In this document: in pieces, positions 10,401-23,500 of the stretch
Position numbering within the stretch: the stretch's first letter is position 1
Layout: each line of letters begins with the position of its first letter
Source: Nageia nagi
Lineage: Eukaryota; Plantae; Pinophyta
Assembly: GCA_050084985.1 (NCBI GenBank)
Contig: JBITNC010000001.1
Coordinates: forward strand, 48,732,001 to 48,796,000
Direction of reading: 5' to 3'
DNA length: 64,000 nt
Translations under genes and position numbers: made by a program
Notes under the pieces: model-generated
Told to the model about the DNA's origin: nothing
Database searches by the model: none
What the model saw: only the letters and a program-made list of their open reading frames with translations

Positions 10401-13400
10401 GTATATGGTAACTGAGTGGCGTATAACACAGCATGGTTCAGACTCTTCGTGTTTTCTTCACCATTGAGTATGCGGTGACTGCAATACTGCAGACTGAGAA
10501 GGAGCACCCCGTGAAACAGTTTGTGAGTATGCCAGGAGGCTTGAGAGATAATCTGGCCAAAGAAGGAAGGCTCGTGTGCATCCTAAAACGTTGTTCAGAG
10601 TGGCCAAACATTTGTCTGCGCCATGAAGGCCCAGCTTGCTGCATGGTGTATGAATGCAGCAGTTCATGAACGAGGGTGTCCAATGCCTGTGAAATAAGCC
10701 AACGTAACGTTCAGGAGTGTCTTGGAGATTTGCGAATTTGATCCTTCAGGAAATCCTGTCCAAGCTACAACTATTTCACACTTTGGTCACCTCCATAGTG
10801 CTTTATGGTGCTGAGGTTTGGGGCCCCAATTTGAGGAGCTCGATTTGGGCTACAATTGAGAGGATCTTAGTCGGCACATTGTCTCGCTCCATTAAGAGTA
10901 AGAGGATTGTCCCACACCACATCATGTTGGCTGAGTTTGGTTGCGAACGTCTACAGGTGTGGTCCCTCATAGTGCTGGTTCTATCTCCATAGCCTTGTAT
11001 CTTATGGAGAAGTAATTGACTCCTCCTTAGAGCTTTGGCATCATCGATGGATTTGGTTTGTTGGTGTTGGTTTACCAAGGTCATTGAGGCATTACAACTC
11101 TTTGGGTTTTCCCATTATTGGCTACTTATACTTCAAGGAGATACACATATAGACCTAGTTGATACATTGTCATTGATCAAAGATATGATTTACAAGGCAT
11201 ACATTCAACACACTTGGATTGCTCCCTAGCAACCCCTTAGACCCAAGCTGTTGCAGTACTCCCATCATTTCTTGCAAATTATCAGAGGGTCAATAATCCC
11301 ACCTTGACACACTAGTTTACACCTCCCTCTCGGCTTGAGGATGTTCCTTGGACAATTCAATGTGCTCCCATCAGCTATAGATCAAGACTAATAACCATTG
11401 AGCACCTGAGCTTGGAGTATGTGAATTGTGCTCGTTGGAGCCAAAGATTGAGAACCATTTCATCTTCAAGTGCTCGGTTTACTATGAGATTTAGGAACGA
11501 TACCACAATTTTTTTCAAGACTGCCATAGCTCGATCTTGACCTTCTTTCAGTTCTTGGACCAACATTGTGTGGTACCCGTCTTAGGAGGCATTCCTTCTT
11601 AGGAAATGTCTCTTAGTTGATGCCCAACACCCAATAGGTGATTGACTGTTACTTCATTCTTTTGAGCCTCTTTGGAGGAGAGATGATCCTATTCTACCTA
11701 GTCGACGCACCAAACAACAAGTGTGTGCTGACCTTATTCTTCTGCGGTCTCAACGGATCGCCTTGTTGTCCAAAGAAGAGTCCTCCCACTAATTGAACTT
11801 GATTATTCTATTTTATTAGATCAATTATTCTAATTTACTGTTTGATTATGTATTCCTTTTTAGGGCTTAGTCCCTCTATTGTATTTATGCATTGTTTTTC
11901 TTAGGTTATTTCTAGTTTGGGCCACCTAGGACTCCACATGCTGCTTTATACATTTGTATCTCACAATCCCATTGATCACTTTTGGTCACCTGCAGACATT
12001 AATATATTTTCTTTCTTTTTTTCTTTCAAGTAAATATGAATTCCAAATAGAAAGGACCATCTCACAAGCACAAAGGAGATTGGAGAAAAAGATCCTAAGG
12101 AAAGCAACAAGACAATGTTGCCAATGTTGAAGAAGAAGTAGAGACTAAAAACTTTGCTCTTGCCCATCAAGAGCAACCATCAATCACATCTTCTTAGTAT
12201 GTAGATTCATGTGCTACCAAGCACGATTGGCCCAAAGGAATGGTTTGTTTCTTTGGAAGAGAAATCCTATCCTGGTCAAGTTCAATTAGGGGATGACACA
12301 CCCTATGCCATTCAAGGAAAAGGTGATTTGCAAATCCGTCTTGGAGAGGACAATTGTCAAATCAAAGAAGTCTTGTATGTTTCAGGACCCAAAAAGAATC
12401 TCTTGTTTGTTGATCAAATGTTGGATCACAACATGAGAGTGGAATTCAACACTTTGGATGGTGAAAAATGTTGTCTCATTTGAGATTGTTAGAATTTGTA
12501 ATGAAATATTGTGAATATCTAAACTCCTTGTAAATTCAATTAATCACTTAAAGGTATGTAGATACCTTAAGTGATTAATAGAATTCTTTAATATGTAGAC
12601 TTTGACTTTACCAAAGGAGTTAGTTGGTAGGTTGAAGTTTGGTGGTACATTTAATGTAACCCTAACCTTACCCTTGGGTTAAAGGAAGGTTAGGGAGGTG
12701 CTCTCAACCTATAAATAGAGGGCCTCTCCTCATGTAAATATATCTAAGTTTTGAGTAAGATTACTCTACTTGGTTGTGTAGGAGAGAGCTAGAGAATAGT
12801 TGTAAGAGAGACATAGATTTGAGAATAAGAGAACTAGTTGTGGATGTACTCCCAAGGAGGGAGGAACCACATTATATTGATGTGTTATCTTGAGTGATTG
12901 TGTTATCTTGTGTACACTTGAGTTTCCTAGTCTAAGGTCCTAGAGGATTTGTTTAGATCTAGTTCAAATCCTTCAGAGATAAGGTCAACGATTCTCGAAT
13001 TGTGGATAAGGCAAGAGGAGTTGGAAAGATGTTCTTACTTATGTTGTGGCTTTCAACAATCAAGCACTCACAATCAATGTTGCGGATATTACAATTCTTT
13101 GGCACCATTGCTATGGCCACATGGATCCCAACTATCTTCTCACATTGCAAAAGAGACAAATGGTTTGTGGTCTTCCATCACTTGTCTAACCTCCCTCCAT
13201 TTGTTCTACTTGTGTTACGTCCAAACAACATTGAATTCCTTTTGAGGCTAGCACACATCATGCTAAGGGATTGCTTGATGTGGTTCATTTCAATTTGTGT
13301 ATGCCACTTCACACTAGTCATACCAACTACCTTTACTTCATGTTGTTTGTTGATGATTACTCCTGAAAGCTAAGTTGCAGGAAACTTGTAAAACAGCTGC

Positions 13401-16400
13401 ATCCCCTTTTCGGAAATCTTTGGAAACTCGGAAGCTTGGGCGAAACTTTGAAATTTGTAAATCTTCATCTATAAAACTTGGAAACTGGAAAACTTGGATG
13501 ACACTTGCAAACAATTATAAGCCTACTGCCATATTTGTGTTTCACTTGCTTGACATGCAGTCTACATTCACATGGTATTGACATATTTGTTTTTCACTTC
13601 TATTGGTTGTTTTTAAGTGGCACTTGCCCAACAACACTTGCTTGCTCGACATTCATTTGATATTGATATTTGTATTTCATTGCTGTTGGTTGTTTTTAGC
13701 AATCACCAATCCAACATTCAATACATGCTTGACATTCAATTAATATTCACATGTGAGACAGAAAATGGTCAATAGACACTGATATTTATATTTCACTGCT
13801 ATTGGTTGTTTTTAATAAGCACCCATCTAACATTCAATACTTGCTTGACATTCAATCAATATTCACATGTGAGACAGAAATTGGTATGGCATAGGAAATG
13901 ATGGAAGACAAGAGACAGAAAGGCACAACATTCGGTGTGGAAGGGTTTGCCGTGAGATTGGATAGGCTATTAAACATTCACATTTCAAATTCTATATAAC
14001 AGAAGTTTAAATGACTTTTTAGAAACCAGTGTGCTTAATTTTGGGTGTTGTTTAATGCCATTCTTTAAGAAATGAAGATGGGAGCCATGGTGGAATGCAT
14101 TCTATGACAAATATATATTCCTATGTTAAATCTCCATTTTAATGTCAAGGCCAATAGATTGTGGGTTAATGTTGATCACAAACTCTCACAAAATCTAACT
14201 TGGAAGAAATTTGTAGGCATTTTCCTGCAAATGGTTTAAAAAGTTCTGAATGAACAAAGTGTCTTTTTTCAAATAGTTCTGAATGAACAAGTAAAAAAAG
14301 AAACATGGAAGGTGATAGATCAATAGATTCAATACAGATGATTATCATTACCTAACTGAACGTTTCAGTGACATTTTGAGGTTGAACTGACTAGTCGAAC
14401 TCTTTTTAGGAAAATATTTCTTTCATCTGTGCTTAGTTATTACTATGGAACATAGTTGAGAAACTTTCCCCGAGTCTCGAGTACTCTTCAAATCCGAGTC
14501 ACGATTCTGGTCAACGCTGATTCCTGAGTCAGGTTTAATTAATTTTTAAATAATAAATAAATATAAATTTTAATTAAAATATTTTAAAAATTTAAAATGA
14601 ATTTAAATATATAATTTTTCTGAGTCCAATGGAGTTTGTTGATGAGTCCTGAGCCCAAGCCTCCTCGGGACCTCGCCAAGTCCAAGTTTCTCAACTATAC
14701 TATGAAATTTAATTTAATGCACTTCTTGGTATAACTTGTGTACTAGAACAGATTCTTGTATGTTAATTGTACAAAAACTGGATCCTATATCTTGACATTG
14801 TTAAAATTTACATGTTGAAGTGTTACATAAGCATGGTGTATTTGTGTATTCAAATGTAACTTACAGCCTGCATATATTTTATATTTGTGTGCATATGCGC
14901 CAATGCAGATGTTAAATTCTTAATTTATATCTCTTAAATGCCCTTGAAACATTAGCATTTGTACAAAACCCCGTTTTAATTTCCTTTTACAATATGTTGA
15001 TTTTTTGGCATGAGACAGACAACTATCAGAACATTAGCAGTATCTAGAATACTTGAGCATTGGAAAAAGGGATGCCTATGTTCAAGTGGATACCTTATAA
15101 AATAATGTGTTTTGGCATCTGGTAAGGATCAAATTTCCTACTAAAATTTTCACGATATTAAAGAGAAACTATGTTTGATGATACTTGTTTCACCTTATTG
15201 CCTCTCTCTTCTCTCTTCGTTGGGCAGGGTAAGGTATTTTCATTGTGATTACATTGGATTTCTTGTCTTAGTGAGAAACAATTCTATTTGTTTTTGAAAT
15301 GTTTATTGAGATAGGACAATCAGCTTAGCTAACGTTTTAGATAGGTCATCACAATAGTGAAATAAACAAAGTAGCTTTGCTAAAGATCTATAGATTCACA
15401 AGCAGTAGTACTGTCTCAATATTTCTTTTACCATTAGACCTTCAACTCTTCTATTTGTCTTCTTTTCCTTGCAGATTGAATTGCTTGTGGTTGGTTATCA
15501 TATTTAGAGTGAGACTCAAGAACAATTAATTATTAACAAAATGAAAGTGCTACTTGGAAAAACCTGATAAATCTATTTTTTTAATATAAAGACAAAATGG
15601 ATTTTTTAGTAGGATTACGTTATGCTACTAATAAGTAGTGTTCTCGAGGAGATGGTATCTCTGGATTACATTTGAGATACATTGCTTGTCTAACATTATT
15701 TTTTTCACAGCCATATCAAATTGAGATTCTTGTTTGAAATTTGTATACCTGCAGTATATTTGATTGCACATAGTATGAAGTCTATTTATTTGGATAAATT
15801 CTGATGATTAATAACTATTTGCAGGTAATGGCTTTGGTAGCCTATCTTATGGAGTACAAGGGGAATTATGGTCCCCATCTCATAATTGTGCCAAATGCTG
15901 TTATGGTGAACTGGAAGGTATTATCTTGGATTGTCTCTTTACTGGGAGTTCATTTTTCACTTGAACTATCCCTAATTACTGTCTGACATGTAACATTTTG
16001 CAGAGTGAACTGCACAGTTGGCTTCCTACAGTGTCATGCATTTTCTATGTGGGTAGCAAAGATCAACGAATGAGACTCTATGCTCAGGTATACTTTGTTC
16101 AAATAAATGTAACATTGTTCATTGAAAGTAGGACCTTATTCATCCTATCAGTGTAACTTTTTGAGGAAGAAATTAAATTTGAACTCCTCATTAAACCTTT
16201 AACTTCCTTGGAAATTACTGTGTTATGGAATCCATACTGAAAGCATTGTTTCAAAATTAAAAAATGGATAAGACATGCTTAATGCGACTGTTTTAGAGAT
16301 ATTTGATTACACATAAAACAAATTCCTATTCATATGAATCTCCACAATATCATGATTGTGAATATCACAGACATTCTCTTCCATCTTTCTCAAGTTGTAC

Positions 16401-19400
16401 AGGGGTGCCATTGTAATGGTTTTGGTTGCTCCATAATCATGTGCGTGGATAAACAATAATTATTTTGAGGGTGTTCTATAGGTATAGATGGGGTGAGTAC
16501 CGCGGTAATGGTTTTGGACTGTCATCGTGTGTGTTTGTGTGGATAAACATCAAGATATTAAACAAATTTTAGACATAAAAGTGTATATTATATAATATAG
16601 CCTCAAAAAACAATAATACAAAACGTAAATAGTAGTGAGCTTAATTAATTAAAAAATGAAAATATAAAGAAAAAGGGGAAAATCAAGGTTAATAATATTA
16701 TATAGTTTAGCCCACCCATGGAAGATGGATATTATATTATAAAGAAGGTTATATTACATTATAAAGAAGGTTATATTATATAGTTTAGCCCACCCATTGA
16801 AGATGGATTGATAAGGTCGATAATTTTCATATTAGAGGCCTGAGTACAAATACGATCATCCTTAATGTGGGTGATATGTACTGCATTTCTTGCGTGGGCT
16901 GGGGTAGCTGAATGGAGTTTACGTATATTTCTTCAAAATAACCGGTTTGCCAATAAAAATAAATATTATGGGTTAATCATACTAGTATTGTTGTTAGGGT
17001 TAATATTATGCTTTTATTATTAATGTTTAGTATTAGTATATTATCAATTGTGATATAAAAGGTGCTGCACATTAAGGTTAATAATACAAGTTAGAATTTC
17101 AGATTAACATTACAGTTAGTAATATGCTCTTATTATTAGTGATAAGTATTAGTAGTGGAAGCCCTATCTAATATATAGATGTTTTAACATATATGTACCA
17201 GATATGAATCCACCAATATATGACAAACTGCTAATATAAAGTTACCTTAGCTCCATTGTGGTAAACTCATATTTCTGCACCGTGGCTTCATAGTAGATGG
17301 ATATAATTGGTTTTGTTACATGAATAAATCAAAGACTTTATAGCTTATTTGAGCCTTGTCCAATCCTCAACAAGCCAGAAAAGCGTGTAACATATTCAAA
17401 AGTTGATAAGAAACTTAAGAAGTTTGGTGCATGCTCAGGTTTATTCATGACATTTTCATTTTTACTTGTGTTTGCTTTCTTATTCCAATTTTGCTTTCAG
17501 TGATTTATTACAGGTAAATGAATGCCAACTTTCATATATTAGTAAACATTCCAATAGGTCAAAATGACTTGCAAATATTATTAATCCCAACTGCCAGATG
17601 GGGTTGAGTGGTTCATAGGCACATGTTCAGTACTGAATTAGTGTAAGGGCCATTTTAGGATATCCCCGAGAGAAACAATTAATTCTGTAGTTGTTAAAAA
17701 GATGATTATAAACAACAAATTTCACCATGCAGGTTTATGAGAGCTCTTTGTTTTCTAGCCTTTAATTTTGATAGCCATCTGTGTGTTTTACATACTATCT
17801 CTCTCTGTGATCCATCATTCTTATCTGTAGGTTTTACGTTTAAAATCTTCTATTTCTTCCACACAATTTCTGATGTATCTGTTATATATAACCTGTGCCC
17901 CTTGGGGATGCATCCCCATGATAGGGATGTGCGAATTCTGTAAAGATGTCCCCTAGCTATTCTCTTGCAAATAGGATAGCTGAGGGACATCTTACTGCAT
18001 ACCCTTCTTCGTGCCCTCAATGTTAACAGTCTAGGGATACCTAGGTATACCCCAAATACATAGAATAACAACTACACAAAACAGAAAAAATGTATAATTG
18101 ATTGATGACTTTATTCAGTTTAGATAGCACATGTTTTTCGTCCTCTAAGTTGTTACTTAATTTTCAATCCCTTGTGTCAGGCACTTTTAGATTTCGTTTT
18201 GAATTTGAGCGTCAAAAACAATTTCCATTCAATATCAAGCAAGTCTTTGGCAGGATCAAAGTATTTTTAATAAATCCCTTGGTTAAAGTTGATGTCTCAA
18301 GCACCTAAAGTGTGATTTTTGATGGATTGTGATTCAGTTTTAACTATTACTCAAATGATAGGAGATGTGTGTTATAGACATAGTATATAGCAAAAATGAT
18401 GTAATATCTCTAAAATTTAGAGTCTACAAAGTGAATTTGCATGAGTAATTATAAAATATTAATGTTCACCTCAAAGTGATGCATTGTTCAATTGTTTTTT
18501 TGTTAATTTGTACTTTTTAAATATTTTCTATATTTTTCAAAGTTTTGAATTAGTTGTCTCCTGGTAGGTCGCTATTTATGTACCCCTGTTTCCTTGTACT
18601 TCACAATTTTTTTTTGGTTGAACTTAATATATAACAAATATGTTTGTGTTGTACATTATTATTTTGCAGTCTTTCATTGCCACATTGTTTATGCATGCAG
18701 GAGGTTTGTGCGATGAAATTCAATGTACTTGTCACTACATATGAGTTTATCATGCGAGATCGGTCAAAGCTCTCGAGGGTGGACTGGAAATATCTCATAA
18801 TTGATGAGGCACAACGCATGAAAGACAGGGAATCACGCCTTGCTCGTGATTTAGACAGGTTTAGGTGTCAAAGGCGGCTGCTTCTTACTGGTACACCATT
18901 GCAGGTTTGTATACTTTTCTTGCTGTGTTAGACTGCTTTTATTTCTATTTCACCTGGTGCTCATTATCGATTGCTTACATGTTACTTTGTAGTTTGTAGT
19001 GCTGTTGATTTATGATTTTCAAAGAATGGATCGCATATTACTAAATTAAGTAGGCATTGCAGATATTAAACTTCATTTATTTATGCCCCTAGGATTTTCT
19101 ACAAACTATCCACCAAATGTATGCCCTCCTATCAACTCCCCAATAAGTGCAAGCTGTTGATTAAGTCGGTATCATGTTGACCAGGAACTATATTGCAAAT
19201 ACATGTTATTCTTGGCAACTTTGCCTGATAATGATACGAAATAATACTGATTTTGTTCTGCAAATACAAGGGATAAGAAAATAAACCATTCGATCAAACT
19301 AGATGAAAAATGATGATAACGAATCATGAACATCAATGCAAGATGGATGCTGATTGAACTTACAACTTATAATGATTTGATCAAAGGTCAAGTTTTATGT

Positions 19401-20506
19401 CAAATCAAATTTTGTCAGTTCGAATGTTAAATAAGCACGTTACATGTTTATTCTGTGCAGAATACAGCATCCGTTGGATATGGTGAATGTCATCTGTAGT
19501 TATAATAATATTCGTCAAAGTTGTTTAATGCATATATTCAAAATAATAATATAATTTGATTGATTATATATTAGTTTTAGCTAAGACATTTAATAGGTTA
19601 GAACTTAAAGAGAAATATATTGTTTACCTTTTTATTGTTCTTTGATATTATGGACAAGAAAATGGCATTTTGGCCACTTTATTTGTAGGAAGTCTATATT
19701 TTAGGATTAAACTGAAAAAAAAATTAAATATTAAACATACACATGACGTCATGTGTTAAATGCTTGTTATGATCTTACTAATAGTAATGATGTAAGCATC
19801 CTTACTAATTGATTAAAATGGAATTAGTTATATTGTGATTTAAAAAGTATCATCAAAAGCTATATATTTACTATTGGAACAAGTCCTTTCATCCATAATA
19901 ATCATATTAGACTTACAATTTTACCATGTTGATACTAGTAGAGTTCATAATCCAATGCACAGATATATCAGAAGTAACAAAAATTAGTTTAATTTTGATC
20001 TTTTCAACCACTATTTAAAAATTAAAAATTGATTATTAACCCAAGAAATAACAGGACTTAATACATCATACTGTCAATTCGTAAAGGTACACTTAATGCA
20101 TTCAGAGCACTAGACAAACATCAAATGTGATTAATAGTGTACCCAATTGATTGGTTTCAACTTTCAAGAGAATGACCATTCTCTATGTCTTGAGAAGTTA
20201 GCGTATTGCTAAAATTGATATAGTCTCTAGTTTTGAAGACGATAATATATGTTTTTTGAAGGTTAGTGATGAAAGTTAATTTATATGTGGTTGCCATAAA
20301 ACTTCTACGTGATCAATATGGATGCAATCTCTCTTTTTTGTTTTCATGAAAAAGGTAAAGAGCTCTTGTTTCGTACTTAATCTCATTTACTAGAGGAGAC
20401 AAGCATGTGGCACAACCCGTTTTTAAATAATGCAGTTAATAACTGCATAGTTTTTGTCATGCTTTGTAATTATAGAGTACCTTATAATATCATACTTATA
20501 TGTTTC

Positions 20507-20537
<31 letters not shown>

Positions 20538-23500
20538 AATAGTAATAATAATAAGTTAACAACTAGAACTACTGCTACTATCACTTATAATAAATATATA
20601 TTAACTTTTAATAAAATTGTTGACTATAAGTATCATGTGCATATTGTATTATTTTAACTACATAAATCCTTTTAATTTGATGTGTTTCATACATTTGAAA
20701 TTGCACTCTATACATTTTAGGACAATATGCTGTAGCATTGCCCAAGTACTTTTATTGCGAAGGAAATTGTACCATCTATGATGGAGTGAATAAAAAATAA
20801 GTGATCACTATGTTTCTGCTACTACACAGCTATCATTGTTGTTGGTTGCATATCTATAGCAATTGCTGTGAGATTATGTAAGAAACACCAACATCTACAT
20901 ACGCTTTGCAGCTCATTAATGAATGTAAATTTTTTTTTTGATAGATCTATTAAACAGCGGCAGTATCATGTACATACTATATTATTTAACCTAGTTTTAT
21001 GCTACTATCCAACTATCACTGTTGTTGGTTATATTTCTGTAATAATTGCTGTAAGATTATACTCTTTACAAATATGTAAGAAATACCAACTTCTATATAT
21101 GCTTAGATGCTCATTATTGATTAAGTATGCATCTGTTGTAGTAGAAAGATTTTTTGTTAGATCTATTCAACTGCAACAGTATATCTCATCAAACATTCTC
21201 CATCTTAGGATATGATTGTGGGAAGATACTTTGAAGAACTATTTTTCTTTTTATTGAGTTTTATTTTCAACAGGTAAAAATTGCAGCTTGAACCATAGAA
21301 AAAAAAACGATCTAGCTCCAAATTCATAATAGGGGAAACGATCAAATAACAAATTGTTCTAGAAGCTCAGTTTTCTGAATTTATAGATTTCTACGAAACC
21401 AGTAGAACTGTTCAAATATTCCTTAATTTATTAGATCTTCACATTGCACTAATCTTATATACATTTTTATAAAGTCTGAGGAGTACACTACTTGGATGGT
21501 TGTGAGAACTCTACTTCTTCTGCATGATGTTTCATGAAATACACTAAGTAAGATGTTGTGTTTATTGCTTTGTTGTCTACAGAATGATTTGCAGGAGCTG
21601 TGGTCTCTTTTAAACTTGCTTCTGCCTGAAGTATTTGATAATAAGAAAGCCTTCAACGACTGGTTTTCAAAACCTTTTCAAAAGGATGGGCCAGCTGCTC
21701 AGTCTGCCGAAGATGATTGGCTTGAAACTGAAAAAAAAGTGATCATAATTCACAGATTGCATCAGATTTTGGAACCTTTCATGCTTCGTCGTCGGGTGGA
21801 AGATGTAGAAGGAGCACTTCCGCCTAAGGTAATTTAGTCAAGTATGCTTTCGTATAATTGTATGTCACACATTAAGCAACTTCTGTGCTTATCTCATCTG
21901 TCTGATTTACAGATATCAGTGGTTCTTAGATGTAAAATGTCTGCCCTTCAAGGTGCTATTTATGATTGGATAAAAGCAACAGGTAGTATAAGGCTTGATC
22001 CACAGAGTGAGGCCAGGAGAGTGGCAAGCAATTCAAAACGACAGATTAGAGCATATGTGCCGCTGCAGAACAGGTGTATGGAGCTGCGAAAGGTCTGCAA
22101 TCACCCTCTACTGAGTTATCCTTTTCGTAATGATTATTCTAATGACTATATTGTCCGATCGTGTGGAAAGCTATGGGTCCTGGATAGAATTCTCGTCAAA
22201 CTACATAGAACAGGACATCGTGTGCTCTTATTCAGTACTATGACAAAACTACTTGATATATTAGAAGAATACCTTCAATGGCGCCGTCTTCAATATAGAA
22301 GGATTGATGGAACAACTAGTCTTGAAGATAGAGAAACAGCTATCGGTGATTTTAACAAGCCTGGTTCTGATTGTTTCCTATTTCTACTTAGTATCCGTGC
22401 TGCAGGAAGGGGCTTGAATCTTCAATCAGCAGACACTGTGGTGATATATGATCCCGATCCAAATCCTAAAAATGAAGAGCAGGCTGTAGCTAGAGCCCAT
22501 CGAATAGGTCAGAAGAGAGAAGTCAAAGTTATATACATGGAAGCTGTTGTGGAAACTATATCAAGTTACCAGAAAGAAGATGAACTCAGAAGTGGTGGAA
22601 CAGTAGATGACGAGGATGAGCTTGCTGGCAAAGATCGTTATATGGGTTCTGTGGAAAGCCTTGTTCGCAACAATATTCAGCAATATAAAATTGATATGGC
22701 AGATGAAGTCATAAATGCAGGTCGTTTTGATCAAAGGACTACACACGAGGAGAGACGCATGACACTGGAGACTCTATTGCATGATGAGGAGAGGTACCAA
22801 GAAACTGTGCATGATGTTCCTTCAATGCCGGAAGTAAATCGTTTAATCGCTAGAAGCAAAGAGGAAGTGGAGTTGTTTGACCAGATGGATGAGGAGATGA
22901 ATTGGCCCGGTGAGATGATAAAGCACTATCAGATTCCCAAGTGGCTTCGTGTGGGTTCAAGAGAAGTTAATGCTGCTGTGGGTGCTATGTCCAAGCAGGC
23001 ACTAAAGAGGGGATTAGTTGTACCAATAGGTACCAAGGAGGAAGAGGATAAATTATTGGCAATGTCTCCTGTCAACGTTCCTGATAAGAAATCAGAGGAC
23101 ATGAAAAATAATTCAAATAAAAGACCTTCTAAAGCGCCATCAAATAACCAAAAGCATTCACCTCATAAACCTAGAGACCTTTCGGATGTTAATAGTGAAC
23201 AGGATGACGACAGTGAAGAGAGTTTGGAAGAGAAAGATGGTTCATCCTCACATGAAGAAGAGGGAGAAATCAGAGAGGATATAGAAGATGAAGAGAATAG
23301 CAGAGCTGCTGGTCCAGAACATAATGACAGAGCTCAATCTGAGGAAGAAATTCCTATTGAATGTGACGAAGGTGATGATGATGTAACTAAGGCCATGGAA
23401 ATTCCAGATAAGATTCTTAGAGAACGCATAGAAGGCGAGGCTGCTTCATCAGAATCATCATTTCAGAATGGGAAATTGATTTTAGGGCGTGCTTCCTCCC

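Noticed and set aside
9740-10416. Possible hAT TIR pair CAGAGTTACCA / TGGTAACTGAG
   Set aside because: Imperfect match with an 8-bp core and no TSD; boundaries cannot be supported.
10438-10683. Antisense ORF with an HExxH motif (TLVHELLH)
   Set aside because: Short, non-ATG start, no other metalloprotease features; a chance motif is likely.
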